A stretch of 64,000 bases of DNA, from contig OZ024740.1 of assembly GCA_964016885.1 (NCBI GenBank), forward strand, positions 290,718,001 to 290,782,000, read 5' to 3'. The DNA comes from Eledone cirrhosa (lineage: Eukaryota). A program made the translations under genes and the position numbers. Below, piece by piece: positions 39,131-53,600 of this stretch. How positions within the stretch are numbered: position 1 is the first letter of the stretch; every line of letters starts with the position of its first letter. The notes under the pieces are model-generated. The model worked only from the letters and a program-made list of their open reading frames with translations, made no database searches and had not been told where the DNA came from.

Positions 39131-42100
39131 TGCCCCGTTTTTTTATGGGGGGTCCGTTTTTTATTTGGGTGTCCCTTTTTTTATGGGGGGTCCGTTTTTT
39201 ATTTGGGTACCCCGTTTTTTATTTGGGTGCCCCGTTTTTTATGGGGGGTCCGTTTTTTATTTGGGTGCACCGTTTTTTATTTGGGTGCACTGTTTTTTAT
39301 TTGGGTGCCCCGTTTTTTATTTGGGTACCCCGTTTTTTATTTGGGTGCCCCGTTTTTTTATGGAGGGGTCCGTTTTTATTTGGGTACCCCGTTTTTTATT
39401 TGGGTTCCCCGTTTTTTTATGGGGGGTCGGTTTTTTATTTGGGTACCCCGTTTTTTATTTGGGTACCCCGTTTTTTATTTGGGTGCCCCGTTTTTTATTT
39501 GGGTGCCCCGTTTTTTTATGGGGTGGTCCGTTTTTTATTTGGGTGCCCCGTTTTTTATTTGGGTACCCCGTTTTTTATTTGGGTGCCCCTTTTTTTATGG
39601 GGGGGTCCGTTTTATATTTGGGAACCCCATTTTTTATTTGGGTGCCCCGTTTTTTTATGGGGGGTCCGTTTTTTATTTGGGTGCCACGTTTTTTTATGGG
39701 GGGTCCGTTTTTTATTTGGGTACCCCGTTTTTTATTTGGGTGCGCCGTTTTTTATGGGGGTTCCGTTTTTTATTTGGGTGCCCCGTTTTTTTATGGGGGG
39801 GTCCGTTTTTTATTTGGGTGCCCCGTTTTTTATTTGGGTACCCCGTTTTTTATTTGGGTGCCCCGTTCTTTATGGGGGGGGTCCGTTTTTTATTTGGGTA
39901 CCCCGTTTTTTATTTGGGTGCCCCGTTTTTTATGGGGGGGTCCGTTTTTTATTTGGGTGCCCCGTTTTTTTATGGGGGGATCCGTTTTTTATTTGGGAAC
40001 CCCATTTTTTATTTGGGTGCCCCGTTTTTTTATGGGGGGGTCCGTTTTTTATTTGGGTGCCCCGTTTTTTTATGGGGGGTCCGTTTTTTATTTGGGTGCC
40101 CCGTTTTTTATTTGGGTACCCCGTTTTTTATTTGGGTGCCCCGTTTTTTATTTGGGTGCCCCGTTTTTTTATGGGGGGGTCCGTTTTTTATTTGGGTGCC
40201 CCGTTTTTTATTTGGGTACCCCGTTTTTTATTTGGGTGCCCCTTTTTTTTATGGGGGGGTCCGTTTTATATTTGGGAACCCCATTTTTTATTTGGGTGCC
40301 CCGTTTTTTTATGGGGGGTCCGTTTTTTATTTGGGTGCCACGTTTTTTTATGGGGGGTCCGTTTTTTATTTGGGTGCCCCGTTTTTTATTTGGGTGCACT
40401 GTTTTTTATTTGGGTGCCCCGTTTTTTATTTGGGTACCCCGTTTTTTAATTGGGTGCCCCGTTTTTTTATGGGGGGTCCGTTTTTTATTTGGGTGTCCCT
40501 TTTTTTATGGGGGGTCCGTTTTTTATTTGGGTACCCCGTTTTTTATTTGGGTGCCCCGTTTTTTTATGGGGGGGTCCGTTTTTTATTTGGGTGCCCCGTT
40601 TTTTATTTGGGTTCCCCGTTTTTTTATGGGGGGTCGGTTTTTTATTTGGGTACCCCGTTTTTTATTTGGGTACCCCGTTTTTTATTTGGGTGCCCCGTTT
40701 TTTATTTGGGTGCCCCGTTTTTTATGGGGGGGTCCGTTTTATATTTGGGAACCCCATTTTTTATTTGGGTGCCCCGTTTTTTTATGGGGGGTCCGTTTTT
40801 TATTTGGGTGCCACGTTTTTTTATGGGGGGTCCGTTTTTTATTTGGGTACCCCGTTTTTTATTTGGGTGCGCCGTTTTTTATGGGGGTTCCGTTTTTTAT
40901 TTGGGTGCCCCGTTTTTTTATGGGGGGGTCCGTTTTTTATTTGGGTGCCCCGTTTTTTATTTGGGTACCCCGTTTTTTATTTGGGTGCCCCGTTCTTTAT
41001 GGGGGGGGTCCGTTTTTTATTTGGGTACCCCGTTTTTTATTTGGGTGCCCCGTTTTTTATGGGGGGGTCCGTTTTTTATTTGGGTGCCCCGTTTTTTTAT
41101 GGGGGGATCCGTTTTTTATTTGGGAACCCCATTTTTTATTTGGGTGCCCCGTTTTTTTATGGGGGGGTCCGTTTTTTATTTGGGTGCCCCGTTTTTTTAT
41201 GGGGGGTCCGTTTTTTATTTGGGTGCCCCGTTTTTTATTTGGGTACCCCGTTTTTTATTTGGGTGCCCCGTTTTTTATTTGGGTGCCCCGTTTTTTTATG
41301 GGGGGGTCCGTTTTTTATTTGGGTGCCCCGTTTTTTATTTGGGTACCCCGTTTTTTATTTGGGTGCCCCTTTTTTTTATGGGGGGGTCCGTTTTATATTT
41401 GGGAACCCCATTTTTTATTTGGGTGCCCCGTTTTTTTATGGGGGGTCCGTTTTTTATTTGGGTGCCACGTTTTTTTATGGGGGGTCCGTTTTTTATTTGG
41501 GTGCCCCGTTTTTTATTTGGGTGCACTGTTTTTTATTTGGGTGCCCCGTTTTTTATTTGGGTACCCCGTTTTTTAATTGGGTGCCCCGTTTTTTTATGGG
41601 GGGTCCGTTTTTTATTTGGGTGTCCCTTTTTATTATGGGGGGTCCGTTTTTTATTTGGGTACCCCGTTTTTTATTTGGGTGCCCCGTTTTTTATGGGGGG
41701 TCCGTTTTTTATTTGGGTGCACCGTTTTTTATGGGGGGGGTCCGTTTTTTATTTGTTTACCCCGTTTTTTATTTGGGTGCCACTTTTTTTATTTGGGTGC
41801 CCCGTTTTTTTATGGGGGGGTCGTTTTTTGTTTGGGTGCCCCGTTTTTTTATGGGGGGTCCGTTTTTTATTTGGGAACCCCATTTTTTATATGGGTGCCC
41901 CGTTTTTTATGGGGGGGTCCGTTTTTTATTTGGGTGCCCCGTTTTTTATTTGGGTGCACTGTTTTTTATTTGGGTGCCCCGTTTTTTATTTGGGTACCCC
42001 GTTTTTTATTTGGGTGCCCCGTTTTTTTATGGAGGGGTCCGTTTTTATTTGGGTACCCCGTTTTTTATTTGGGTTCCCCGTTTTTTTATGGGGGGTCGGT

Positions 42101-42279
42101 TTTTTATTTGGGTACCCCGTGTTTTATTTGGGTACCCCGTTTTTTATTTGGGTGCCCCGTTTTTTATTTGGGTGCCCCGTTTTTTTATGGGGGGGTCCGT
42201 TTTTTATTTGGGTGCCCCGTTTTTTATTTGGGTGCACTGTTTTTTATTTGGGTGCCCCGTTTTTTATTTGGGTACCCCG

Positions 42280-44100
42280 TTTTTTATTTGGGTGCCCCGT
42301 TTTTTTATGGAGGGGTCCGTTTTTATTTGGGTACCCCGTTTTTTATTTGGGTTCCCCGTTTTTTTATGGGGGGTCGGTTTTTTATTTGGGTACCCCGTGT
42401 TTTATTTGGGTACCCCGTTTTTTATTTGGGTGCCCCGTTTTTTATTTGGGTGCCCCGTTTTTTTATGGGGGGGTCCGTTTTTTATTTGGGTGCCCCGTTT
42501 TTTATTTGGGTACCCCGTTTTTTATTTGGGTGCCCCTTTTTTTATGGGGGGGTCCGTTTTATATTTGGGAACCCCATTTTTTATTTGGGTGCCCCGTTTT
42601 TTTATGGGGGGTCCGTTTTTTATTTGGGTGCCACGTTTTTTTATGGGGGGTCCGTTTTTTATTTGGGTGCCCCGTTTTTTATTTGGGTGCACTGTTTTTT
42701 ATTTGGGTGCCCCGTTTTTTATTTGGGTACCCCGTTTTTTAATTGGGTGCCCCGTTTTTTTATGGGGGGTCCGTTTTTTATTTGGGTACCCCGTTTTTTA
42801 TTTGGGTGCCCCGTTTTTTATGGGGGGTCCGTTTTTTATTTGGGTGCACCGTTTTTTATGGGGGGGGTCCGTTTTTTATTTGTTTACCCCGTTTTTTATT
42901 TGGGTGCCACTTTTTTTATTTGGGTGCCCCGTTTTTTTATGGGGGGGTCCGTTTTTTGTTTGGGTGCCCCGTTTTTTTATGGGGGGTCCGTTTTTTATTT
43001 GGGAACCCCATTTTTTATATGGGTGCCCCGTTTTTTATGTGGGGGTCCGTTTTTTATTTGGGTGCCCCGTTTTTTATTTGGGTGCACCGTTTTTTATTTG
43101 GGTGCCCCGTTTTTTATTTGGGTACCCCGTTTTTTATTTGGGTGCCCCGTTTTTTTATGGAGGGGTCCGTTTTTATTTGGGTACCCCGTTTTTTATTTGG
43201 GTGCCCCGTTTTTTTATGGAGGGGTCCGTTTTTATTTGGGTACCCCGTTTTTTATTTGGGTTCCCCGTTTTTTTATGGGGGGTCGGTTTTTTATTTGGGT
43301 ACCCCGTGTTTTATTTGGGTACCCCGTTTTTTATTTGGGTGCCCCGTTTTTTATTTGGGTGCCCCGTTTTTTTATGGGGGGGTCCGTTTTTTATTTGGGT
43401 GCCCCGTTTTTTATTTGGGTACCCCGTTTTTTATTTGGGTGCCCCTTTTTTTATGGGGGGGTCCGTTTTATATTTGGGAACCCCATTTTTTATTTGGGTG
43501 CCCCGTTTTTTTATGGGGGGTCCGTTTTTTATTTGGGTGCCACGTTTTTTTATGGGGGGTCCGTTTTTTATTTGGGTGCCCCGTTTTTTATTTGGGTGCA
43601 CTGTTTTTTATTTGGGTGCCCCGTTTTTTATTTGGGTACCCCGTTTTTTAATTGGGTGCCCCGTTTTTTTATGGGGGGTCCGTTTTTTATTTGGGTACCC
43701 CGTTTTTTATTTGGGTGCCCCGTTTTTTATGGGGGGTCCGTTTTTTATTTGGGTGCACCGTTTTTTATGGGGGGGGTCCGTTTTTTATTTGTTTACCCCG
43801 TTTTTTATTTGGGTGCCACTTTTTTTATTTGGGTGCCCCGTTTTTTTATGGGGGGGTCCGTTTTTTGTTTGGGTGCCCCGTTTTTTTATGGGGGGTCCGT
43901 TTTTTATTTGGGAACCCCATTTTTTATATGGGTGCCCCGTTTTTTATGTGGGGGTCCGTTTTTTATTTGGGTGCCCCGTTTTTTATTTGGGTGCACCGTT
44001 TTTTATTTGGGTGCCCCGTTTTTTATTTGGGTACCCCGTTTTTTATTTGGGTGCCCCGTTTTTTTATGGAGGGGTCCGTTTTTATTTGGGTACCCCGTTT
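42280..44100 (+). repeat. Tandem duplication, 909-bp unit x2
   Basis: Stops at 42742/43651. The private variants CCCCGTGTTTT and TATGTGGGGG are present in both copies. Confidence 0.87.
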
Positions 44101-44229
44101 TTTATTTGGGTTCCCCGTTTTTTTATGGGGGGTCCGTTTTTTATTTGGGTACCCCGTTTTTTATTTGGGTGCCCCGTTTTTTATGGGGGGTCCGTTTTTT
44201 ATTTGGGTGCCCCGTTTTTTTATGGGGGG

Positions 44230-45020
44230 TCCGTTTTTTATTTGGGTGCCCCGTTTTTTATTTGGGTACCCCGTTTTTTATTTGGGTGCCCCGTTTTTTA
44301 TTTGGGTGCCCCGTTTTTTTATGGGGGGGTCCGTTTTTTATTTGGGTGCCCCGTTTTTTTATGAGGGGTCCGTTTTATATTTGGGTGCCCCGTTTTTTAT
44401 TTGGGTGCACCGTTTTTTATTTGGGTACCCCGTTTTTTATTTGGGTGCCCCGTTTTTTATGGGGGGGTCCGTTTTTTATTTGGGTACCCCGTTTTTTATT
44501 TGGGTGCCCCGTTTTTTATGGGGGGGTCCGTTTTTTATTTGGGTGCCCCGTTTTTTTATGGGGGGATCCGTTTTTTATTTGGGAACCCCATTTTTTATTT
44601 GGGTGCCCCGTTTTTTTATGGGGGGGTCCGTTTTTTATTTGGGTGCCCCGTTTTTTATTTGGGTACCCCGTTTTTTATTTGGGTGCCCCGTTTTTTATTT
44701 GGGTGCCCCGTTTTTTTATGGGGGGGTCCGTTTTTTATTTGGGTGCCCCGTTTTTTTATGAGGGGTCCGTTTTATATTTGGGTGCCCCGTTTTTTATTTG
44801 GGTGCACCGTTTTTTATTTGGGTACCCCGTTTTTTATTTGGGTGCCCCGTTTTTTATGGGGGGGTCCGTTTTTTATTTGGGTACCCCGTTTTTTATTTGG
44901 GTGCCCCGTTTTTTATGGGGGGGTCCGTTTTTTATTTGGGTGCCCCGTTTTTTTATGGGGGGATCCGTTTTTTATTTGGGAACCCCATTTTTTATTTGTG
45001 TGCCCCGTTTTTTTATGGGG
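44230..45020 (+). repeat. Tandem duplication, 397-bp unit (~20 monomers) x2
   Basis: TATGAGGGG stops at 44364/44761, with matching flanking monomer order. Confidence 0.82.
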
Positions 45021-48000
45021 GGGTCCGTTTTTTATTTGGGTGCCCCGTTTTTTTATGGGGGGTCCGTTTTTTATTTGGGTGCCCCGTTTTTTATTTGGGT
45101 ACCCCGTTTTTTATTTGGGTGCCCCGTTTTTTATTTGGGTGCCCCGTTTTTTTATGGGGGGGTCCGTTTTTTATTTGGGTGCCCCGTTTTTTATTTGGGT
45201 ACCCCGTTTTTTATGTGGGTGCCCCTTTTTTTATGGGGGGGTCCGTTTTATATTTGGGAACCCCATTTTTTATTTGGGTGCCCCGTTTTTTTATGGGGGG
45301 TCCGTTTTTTATTTGGGTGCCACGTTTTTTTATGGGGGGTCCGTTTTTTATTTGGGTGCCCCGTTTTTTATTTGGGTGCACTGTTTTTTATTTGGGTGCC
45401 CCGTTTTTTATTTGGGTACCCCGTTTTTTAATTGGGTGCCCCGTTTTTTTATGGGGGGTCCGTTTTTTATTTGGGTGTCCCTTTTTTTATGGGGGGTCCG
45501 TTTTTTATTTGGGTACCCCGTTTTTTATTTGGGTGCCCCGTTTTTTATGGGGGGTCCGTTTTTTATTTGGGTGCACCGTTTTTTATGGGGGGGGTCCGTT
45601 TTTTATTTGTTTACCCCGTTTTTTATTTGGGTGCCACTTTTTTTATTTGGGTGCCCCGTTTTTTTATGGGGGGGTCCGTTTTTTGTTTGGGTGCCCCGTT
45701 TTTTTATGGGAGGTCCGTTTTTTATTTGGGAACCCCATTTTTTATATGGGTGCCCCGTTTTTTATGGGGGGGTCCGTTTTTTATTTGGGTGCCCCGTTTT
45801 TTATTTGGGTGCACCGTTTTTTATTTGGGTGCCCCGTTTTTTATTTGGGTACCCCGTTTTTTATTTGGGTGCCCCGTTTTTTTATGGAGGGGTCCGTTTT
45901 TATTTGGGTACCCCGTTTTTTATTTGGGTTCCCCGTTTTTTTATGGGGGGTCCGTTTTTTATTTGGGTACCCCGTTTTTTATTTGGGTACCCCGTTTTTT
46001 ATTTGGGTGCCCCGTTTTTTATTTGGGTGCCCCGTTTTTTTATGGGGGGGTCCGTTTTTTATTTGGGTGCCCCGTTTTTTATTTGGGTACCCCGTTCTTT
46101 ATTTGGGTGCCCCTTTTTTTATGGGGGGGTCCGTTTTATATTTGGGAACCCCATTTTTTATTTGGGTGCCCCGTTTTTTTATGGGGGGTCCGTTTTTTAT
46201 TTGGGTGCCACGTTTTTTTATGGGGGGTCCGTTTTTTATTTGGGTGCCCCGTTTTTTATTTGGGTGCACTGTTTTTTATTTGGGTGCCCCGTTTTTTATT
46301 TGGGTACCCCGTTTTTTAATTGGGTGCCCCGTTTTTTTATGGGGGGTCCGTTTTTTATTTGGGTACCCCGTTTTTTATTTGGGTGCCCCGTTTTTTATGG
46401 GGGGTCCGTTTTTTATTTGGGTGCACCGTTTTTTATGGGGGGGTCCGTTTTTTATTTGTTTACCCCGTTTTTTATTTGGGTGCCACTTTTTTTATTTGGG
46501 TGCCCCGTTTTTTTATGGGGGGGTCCGTCTTTTGTTTGGGTGCCCCGTTTTTTTATGGGGGGTCCGTTTTTTATTTGGGAACCCCATTTTTTATATGGGT
46601 GCCCCGTTTTTTATGGGGGGGTCCGTTTTTTATTTGGGTGCTCCGTTTTTTATTAGGGTGCACCGTTTTTTATTTGGGTGCCCCGTTTTTTATTTGGGTA
46701 CCCCGTTTTTTATTTGGGTGCCCCGTTTTTTTATGGAGGGGTCCGTTTTTATTTGGGTACCCCGTTTTTTATTTGGGTTCCCCGTTTTTTTATGGGGGGT
46801 CCGTTTTTTATTTGGGTACCCCGTTCTTTATTTGGGTGCCCCGTTTTTTATGGGGGGGTCCGTTTTTTATTTGGGTGCCCCGTTTTTTTATGGGGGGTCC
46901 GTTTTTTATTTGGGTGCCCCGTTTTTTATTTGGGTACCCCGTTTTTTATTTGGGTGCCCCGTTTTTTATTTGGGTGCCCCGTTTTTTTATGGGGGGGTCC
47001 GTTTTTTATTTGGGTGCCCCGTTTTTTTATGAGGGGTCCGTTTTATATTTGGGTGCCCCGTTTTTTATTTGGGTGCACCGTTTTTTATTTGGGTACCCCG
47101 TTTTTTTATGGGGGGTCCTTTTTTTATTTGGGTGCCCCGTTTTTTATTTGGGTGCCACTTTTTTTATTTGGGTGCCCCGTTTTTTTATGGGGGGGTCCGT
47201 TTTTTGTTTGGGTGCCCCGTTTTTTTATGGGAGGTCCGTTTTTTATTTGGGAACCCCATTTTTTATATGGGTGCCCCGTTTTTTATGGGGGGGTCCGTTT
47301 TTTATTTGGGTGCCCCGTTTTTTATTTGGGTGCACCGTTTTTTATTTGGGTGCCCCGTTTTTTATTTGGGTACCCCGTTTTTTATTTGGGTGCCCCGTTT
47401 TTTTATGGAGGGGTCCGTTTTTATTTGGGTACCCCGTTTTTTATTTGGGTTCCCCGTTTTTTTATGGGGGGTCCGTTTTTTATTTGGGTACCCCGTTTTT
47501 TATTTGGGTACCCCGTTTTTTATTTGGGTGCCCCGTTTTTTATTTGGGTGCCCCGTTTTTTTATGGGGGGGTCCGTTTTTTATTTGGGTGCCCCGTTTTT
47601 TATTTGGGTACCCCGTTTTTTATTTGGGTGCCCCTTTTTTTATGGGGGGGTCCGTTTTATATTTGGGAACCCCATTTTTTATTTGGGTGCCCCGTTTTTT
47701 TATGGGGGGTCCGTTTTTTATTTGGGTGCCACGTTTTTTTATGGGGGGTCCGTTTTTTATTTGGGTGCCCCGTTTTTTATTTGGGTGCACTGTTTTTTAT
47801 TTGGGTGCCCCGTTTTTTATTTGGGTACCCCGTTTTTTAATTGGGTGCCCCGTTATTTTATGGGGGGTCCGTTTTTTATTTGGGTACCCCGTTTTTTATT
47901 TGGGTGCCCCGTTTTTTATGGGGGGTCCGTTTTTTATTTGGGTGCACCGTTTTTTATGGGGGGGGTCCGTTTTTTATTTGTTTACCCCGTTTTTTATTTG

Positions 48001-48589
48001 GGTGCCACTTTTTTTATTTGGGTGCCCCGTTTTTTTATGGAGGGGTCCGTTTTTATTTGGGTACCCCGTTTTTTATTTGGGTTCCCCGTTTTTTTATGGG
48101 GGGTCCGTTTTTTATTTGGGTACCCCGTTTTTTATTTGGGTACCCCGTTTTTTATTTGGGTGCCCCGTTTTTTATTTGGGTGCCCCGTTTTTTTATGGGG
48201 GGGTCCGTTTTTTATTTGGGTGCCCCGTTTTTTATTTGGGTACCCCGTTTTTTATTTGGGTGCCCCTTTTTTTATGGGGGGGTCCGTTTTATATTTGGGA
48301 ACCCCATTTTTTATTTGGGTGCCCCGTTTTTTTATGGGGGGTCCGTTTTTTATTTGGGTGCCACGTTTTTTTATGGGGGGTCCGTTTTTTATTTGGGTGC
48401 CCCGTTTTTTATTTGGGTGCACTGTTTTTTATTTGGGTGCCCCGTTTTTTATTTGGGTACCCCGTTTTTTAATTGGGTGCCCCGTTTTTTTATGGGGGGT
48501 CCGTTTTTTATTTGGGTACCCCGTTTTTTATTTGGGTGCCCCGTTTTTTATGGGGGGTCCGTTTTTTATTTGGGTGCACCGTTTTTTAT

Positions 48590-50650
48590 GGGGGGGGTCC
48601 GTTTTTTATTTGTTTACCCCGTTTTTTATTTGGGTGCCACTTTTTTTATTTGGGTGCCCCGTTTTTTTATGGGGGGGTCCGTCTTTTGTTTGGGTGCCCC
48701 GTTTTTTTATGGGGGGTCCGTTTTTTATTTGGGAACCCCATTTTTTATATGGGTGCCCCGTTTTTTATGGGGGGGTCCGTTTTTTATTTGGGTGCTCCGT
48801 TTTTTATTTGGGTGCACCGTTTTTTATTTGGGTGCCCCGTTTTTTATTTGGGTACCCCGTTTTTTATTTGGGTGCCCCGTTTTTTTATGGAGGGGTCCGT
48901 TTTTATTTGGGTACCCCGTTTTTTATTTGGGTTCCCCGTTTTTTTATGGGGGGTCCGTTTTTTATTTGGGTACCCCGTTCTTTATTTGGGTGCCCCGTTT
49001 TTTATGGGGGGGTCCGTTTTTTATTTGGGTGCCCCGTTTTTTTATGGGGGGTCCGTTTTTTATTTGGGTGCCCCGTTTTTTATTTGGGTACCCCGTTTTT
49101 TATTTGGGTGCCCCGTTTTTTATTTGGGTGCCCCGTTTTTTTATGGGGGGGTCCGTTTTTTATTTGGGTGCCCCGTTTTTTTATGAGGGGTCCGTTTTAT
49201 ATTTGGGTGCCCCGTTTTTTATTTGGGTGCACCGTTTTTTATTTGGGTACCCCGTTTTTTTATGGGGGGTCCTTTTTTTATTTGGGTGCCCCGTTTTTTA
49301 TTGGGGTGGTCCGTTTTTTATTTGGGTGCCCCGTTTTTTTATGGGGGGTCCGTTTTTTATTTGGGTGCCCCATTTTTTATTTGGGTGCACCGTTTTTTAT
49401 TTGGGTGCCCCGTTTTTTATTTGGGTACCCCGTTTTTTATTTGGGTGCCCCGTTTTTTTATGGAGGGGTCCGTTTTTATTTGGGTACCCCGTTTTTTATT
49501 TGGGTTCCCCGTTTTTTTATGGGGGGTCCGTTTTTTATTTGGGTACCCCGTTTTTTATTTGGGTGCCCCGTTTTTTATGGGGGGAGTCCGTTTTTTATTT
49601 GGGTGCCCCGTTTTTTTATGGGGGGGTCCGTTTTTTATTTGTTTACCCCGTTTTTTATTTGGGTGCCACTTTTTTTATTTGGGTGCCCCGTTTTTTTATG
49701 GGGGGGTCCGTCTTTTGTTTGGGTGCCCCGTTTTTTTATGGGGGGTCCGTTTTTTATTTGGGAACCCCATTTTTTATATGGGTGCCCCGTTTTTTATGGG
49801 GGGGTCCGTTTTTTATTTGGGTGCTCCGTTTTTTATTTGGGTGCACCGTTTTTTATTTGGGTGCCCCGTTTTTTATTTGGGTACCCCGTTTTTTATTTGG
49901 GTGCCCCGTTTTTTTATGGAGGGGTCCGTTTTTATTTGGGTACCCCGTTTTTTATTTGGGTTCCCCGTTTTTTTATGGGGGGTCCGTTTTTTATTTGGGT
50001 ACCCCGTTCTTTATTTGGGTGCCCCGTTTTTTATGGGGGGGTCCGTTTTTTATTTGGGTGCCCCGTTTTTTTATGGGGGGTCCGTTTTTTATTTGGGTGC
50101 CCCGTTTTTTATTTGGGTACCCCGTTTTTTATTTGGGTGCCCCGTTTTTTATTTGGGTGCCCCGTTTTTTTATGGGGGGGTCCGTTTTTTATTTGGGTGC
50201 CCCGTTTTTTTATGAGGGGTCCGTTTTATATTTGGGTGCCCCGTTTTTTATTTGGGTGCACCGTTTTTTATTTGGGTACCCCGTTTTTTTATGGGGGGTC
50301 CTTTTTTTATTTGGGTGCCCCGTTTTTTATTGGGGTGGTCCGTTTTTTATTTGGGTGCCCCGTTTTTTTATGGGGGGTCCGTTTTTTATTTGGGTGCCCC
50401 ATTTTTTATTTGGGTGCACCGTTTTTTATTTGGGTGCCCCGTTTTTTATTTGGGTACCCCGTTTTTTATTTGGGTGCCCCGTTTTTTTATGGAGGGGTCC
50501 GTTTTTATTTGGGTACCCCGTTTTTTATTTGGGTTCCCCGTTTTTTTATGGGGGGTCCGTTTTTTATTTGGGTACCCCGTTTTTTATTTGGGTGCCCCGT
50601 TTTTTATGGGGGGAGTCCGTTTTTTATTTGGGTGCCCCGTTTTTTTATGG
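48590..50650 (+). repeat. Tandem duplication, 1029-bp unit x2
   Basis: TATGAGGGG stops at 49186/50215. TTGGGGTGGTCC, CCGTCTTTTGTTT and GGGGAGTCCG are present in both copies. Confidence 0.88.
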
Positions 50651-53600
50651 GGGGGTCCGTTTTTTATTTGGGTGCCCCGTTTTTTATTTGGGTACCCCGT
50701 TTTTTATTTGGGTGCCCCGTTTTTTTATGGGGGGTCCGTTTTTTATTTGGTTACCCCGTTTTTTATTTGGGTGCGCCGTTTTTTTATGGGGGGGTCCGTT
50801 TTTTATTTGGGTGCCCCGTTTTTTTATGGGGGGTCCGTTTTTTATTTGGGAACCCCATTTTTTATTTGGGTGCCCCGTTTTTTTATGGGGGGGTCCGTTT
50901 TTTATTTGGGTGCCCCGTTTTTTTATGGGGGGATCCGTTTTTTATTTGGGTGCCCCGTTTTTTATTTGGGTGCACCGTTTTTTATTTGGGTGCACCGTTT
51001 TTTATTTGGGTGCCCCGTTTTTTATTTGGGTACCCCGTTTTTTATTTGGTTGCCCCGTTTTTATATGGGGGGTCCGTTTTTTATTTGGGTACCCCGTTTT
51101 TTATTTGGGTTCCCCGTTTTTTATGGGGGGTCCGTTTTTTATTTGGGTACCCCGTTTTTTTATGGGGGGATCCGTTTTTTATTTGTTTACCCCGTTTTTT
51201 ATTTGGGGGCACCTTTTTTATTTGGGTACCCCGTTTTTTATTTGGGTGCCCCGTTTTTATAAGGGGGGCTCCGTTTTTTATTTGGGTGCCCCGTTTTTTA
51301 TTTGGGTGCCCCGTTTTTTATTTGGGTGCACCGTTTTTTATTTGGGTGCACCGTTTTTTATTTGGGTGCACCTTTTTTATTTGGGAACCCCGTCTTTTAT
51401 TTGGGTGCCCCGTTTTTATATGGGGGGGTCCGTTTTTTATTTGGGTGCCCCGTTTTTTATTTGGGTGCACCGTTTTTTATTTGGGTGCACCGTTTTTTAT
51501 TTGGGTGCCCCGTTTTTTATTTGGGTACCCCGTTTTTTATTTGGTTGCCCCGTTTTTATATGGGGGGTCCGTTTTTTATTTGGGTACCCCGTTTTTTATT
51601 TGGGTTCCCCGTTTTTTATGGGGGGTCCGTTTTTTATTTGGGTACCCCGTTTTTTATTTGGGTGCGCCGTTTTTTATGGGGGTTCCGTTTTTTATTTGGG
51701 TGCCCCGTTTTTTTATGGGGGGGTCCGTTTTTTATTTGGGTGCCCCGTTTTTTATTTGGGTACCCCGTTTTTTATTTGGGTGCCCCGTTTTTTATGGGGG
51801 GGTCCGTTTTTTATTTGGGTACCCCGTTTTTTATTTGGGTGCCCCGTTTTTTATGGGGGGGTCCGTTTTTTATTTGGGTGCCCCGTTTTTTTATGGGGGG
51901 ATCCGTTTTTTATTTGGGAACCCCATTTTTTATTTGGGTGCCCCGTTTTTTTATGGGGGGGTCCGTTTTTTATTTGGGTGCCCCGTTTTTTTATGGGGGG
52001 TCCGTTTTTTATTTGGGTGCCCCGTTTTTTATTTGGGTACCCCGTTTTTTATTTGGGTGCCCCGTTTTTTATTTGGGTGCCCCGTTTTTTTATGGGGGGG
52101 TCCGTTTTTTATTTGGGTGCCCCGTTTTTTATTTGGGTACCCCGTTTTTTATTTGGGTGCCCCTTTTTTTTATGGGGGGGTCCGTTTTATATTTGGGAAC
52201 CCCATTTTTTATTTGGGTGCCCCGTTTTTTTATGGGGGGTCCGTTTTTTATTTGGGTGCCACGTTTTTTTATGGGGGGTCCGTTTTTTATTTGGGTGCCC
52301 CGTTTTTTATTTGGGTGCACTGTTTTTTATTTGGGTGCCCCGTTTTTTATTTGGGTACCCCGTTTTTTAATTGGGTGCCCCGTTTTTTTATGGGGGGTCC
52401 GTTTTTTATTTGGGTGTCCCTTTTTTTATGGGGGGTCCGTTTTTTATTTGGGTACCCCGTTTTTTATTTGGGTGCCCCGTTTTTTATGGGGGGTCCGTTT
52501 TTTATTTGGGTGCACCGTTTTTTATGGGGGGGGTCCGTTTTTTATTTGTTTACCCCGTTTTTTATTTGGGAACCCCATTTTTTATATGGGTGCCCCGTTT
52601 TTTATGGGGGGGTCCGTTTTTTATTTGGGTGCCCCGTTTTTTATTTGGGTGCACCGTTTTTTATTTGGGTGCCCCGTTTTTTATTTGGGTACCCCGTTTT
52701 TTATTTGGGTGCCCCGTTTTTTTATGGAGGGGTCCGTTTTTATTTGGGTACCCCGTTTTTTATTTGGGTTCCCCGTTTTTTTATGGGGGGTCCGTTTTTT
52801 ATTTGGGTACCCCGTTTTTTATTTGGGTGCCCCGTTTTTTATGGGGGGGTCCGTTTTTTATTTGGGTGCCCCGTTTTTTTATGGGGGGTCCGTTTTTTAT
52901 TTGGGTGCCCCGTTTTTTATTTGGGTACCCCGTTTTTTATTTGGGTGCCCCGTTTTTTATTTGGGTGCCCCGTTTTTTTATGGGGGGGTCCGTTTTTTAT
53001 TTGGGTGCCCCGTTTTTTTATGAGGGGTCCGTTTTATATTTGGGTGCCCCGTTTTTTATTTGGGTGCACCGTTTTTTATTTGGGTACCCCGTTTTTTTAT
53101 GGGGGGTCCTTTTTTTATTTGGGTGCCCCGTTTTTTATTGTGGGGGTCCGTTTTTTATTTGGGTGCCCCGTTTTTTTATGGGGGGTCCGTTTTTTATTTG
53201 GGTGCCCCATTTTTTATTTGGGTGCACCGTTTTTTATTTGGGTGCCCCGTTTTTTATTTGGGTACCCCGTTTTTTATTTGGGTGCCCCGTTTTTTTATGG
53301 AGGGGTCCGTTTTTATTTGGGTACCCCGTTTTTTATTTGGGTTCCCCGTTTTTTTATGGGGGGTCCGTTTTTTATTTGGGTACCCTGTTTTTTATTTGGG
53401 TGCCCCGTTTTTTATGGGGGGAGTCCGTTTTTTATTTGGGTGCCCCGTTTTTTTATGGGGGGGTCCGTTTTTTATTTGGGTGCCCCGTTTTTTATTTGGG
53501 TACCCCGTTTTTTATTTGGGTGCGCCGTTTTTTTATGGGGGGGTCCGTTTTTTATTTGGGTGCCCCGTTTTTTTATGGGGGGTCCGTTTTTTATTTGGGA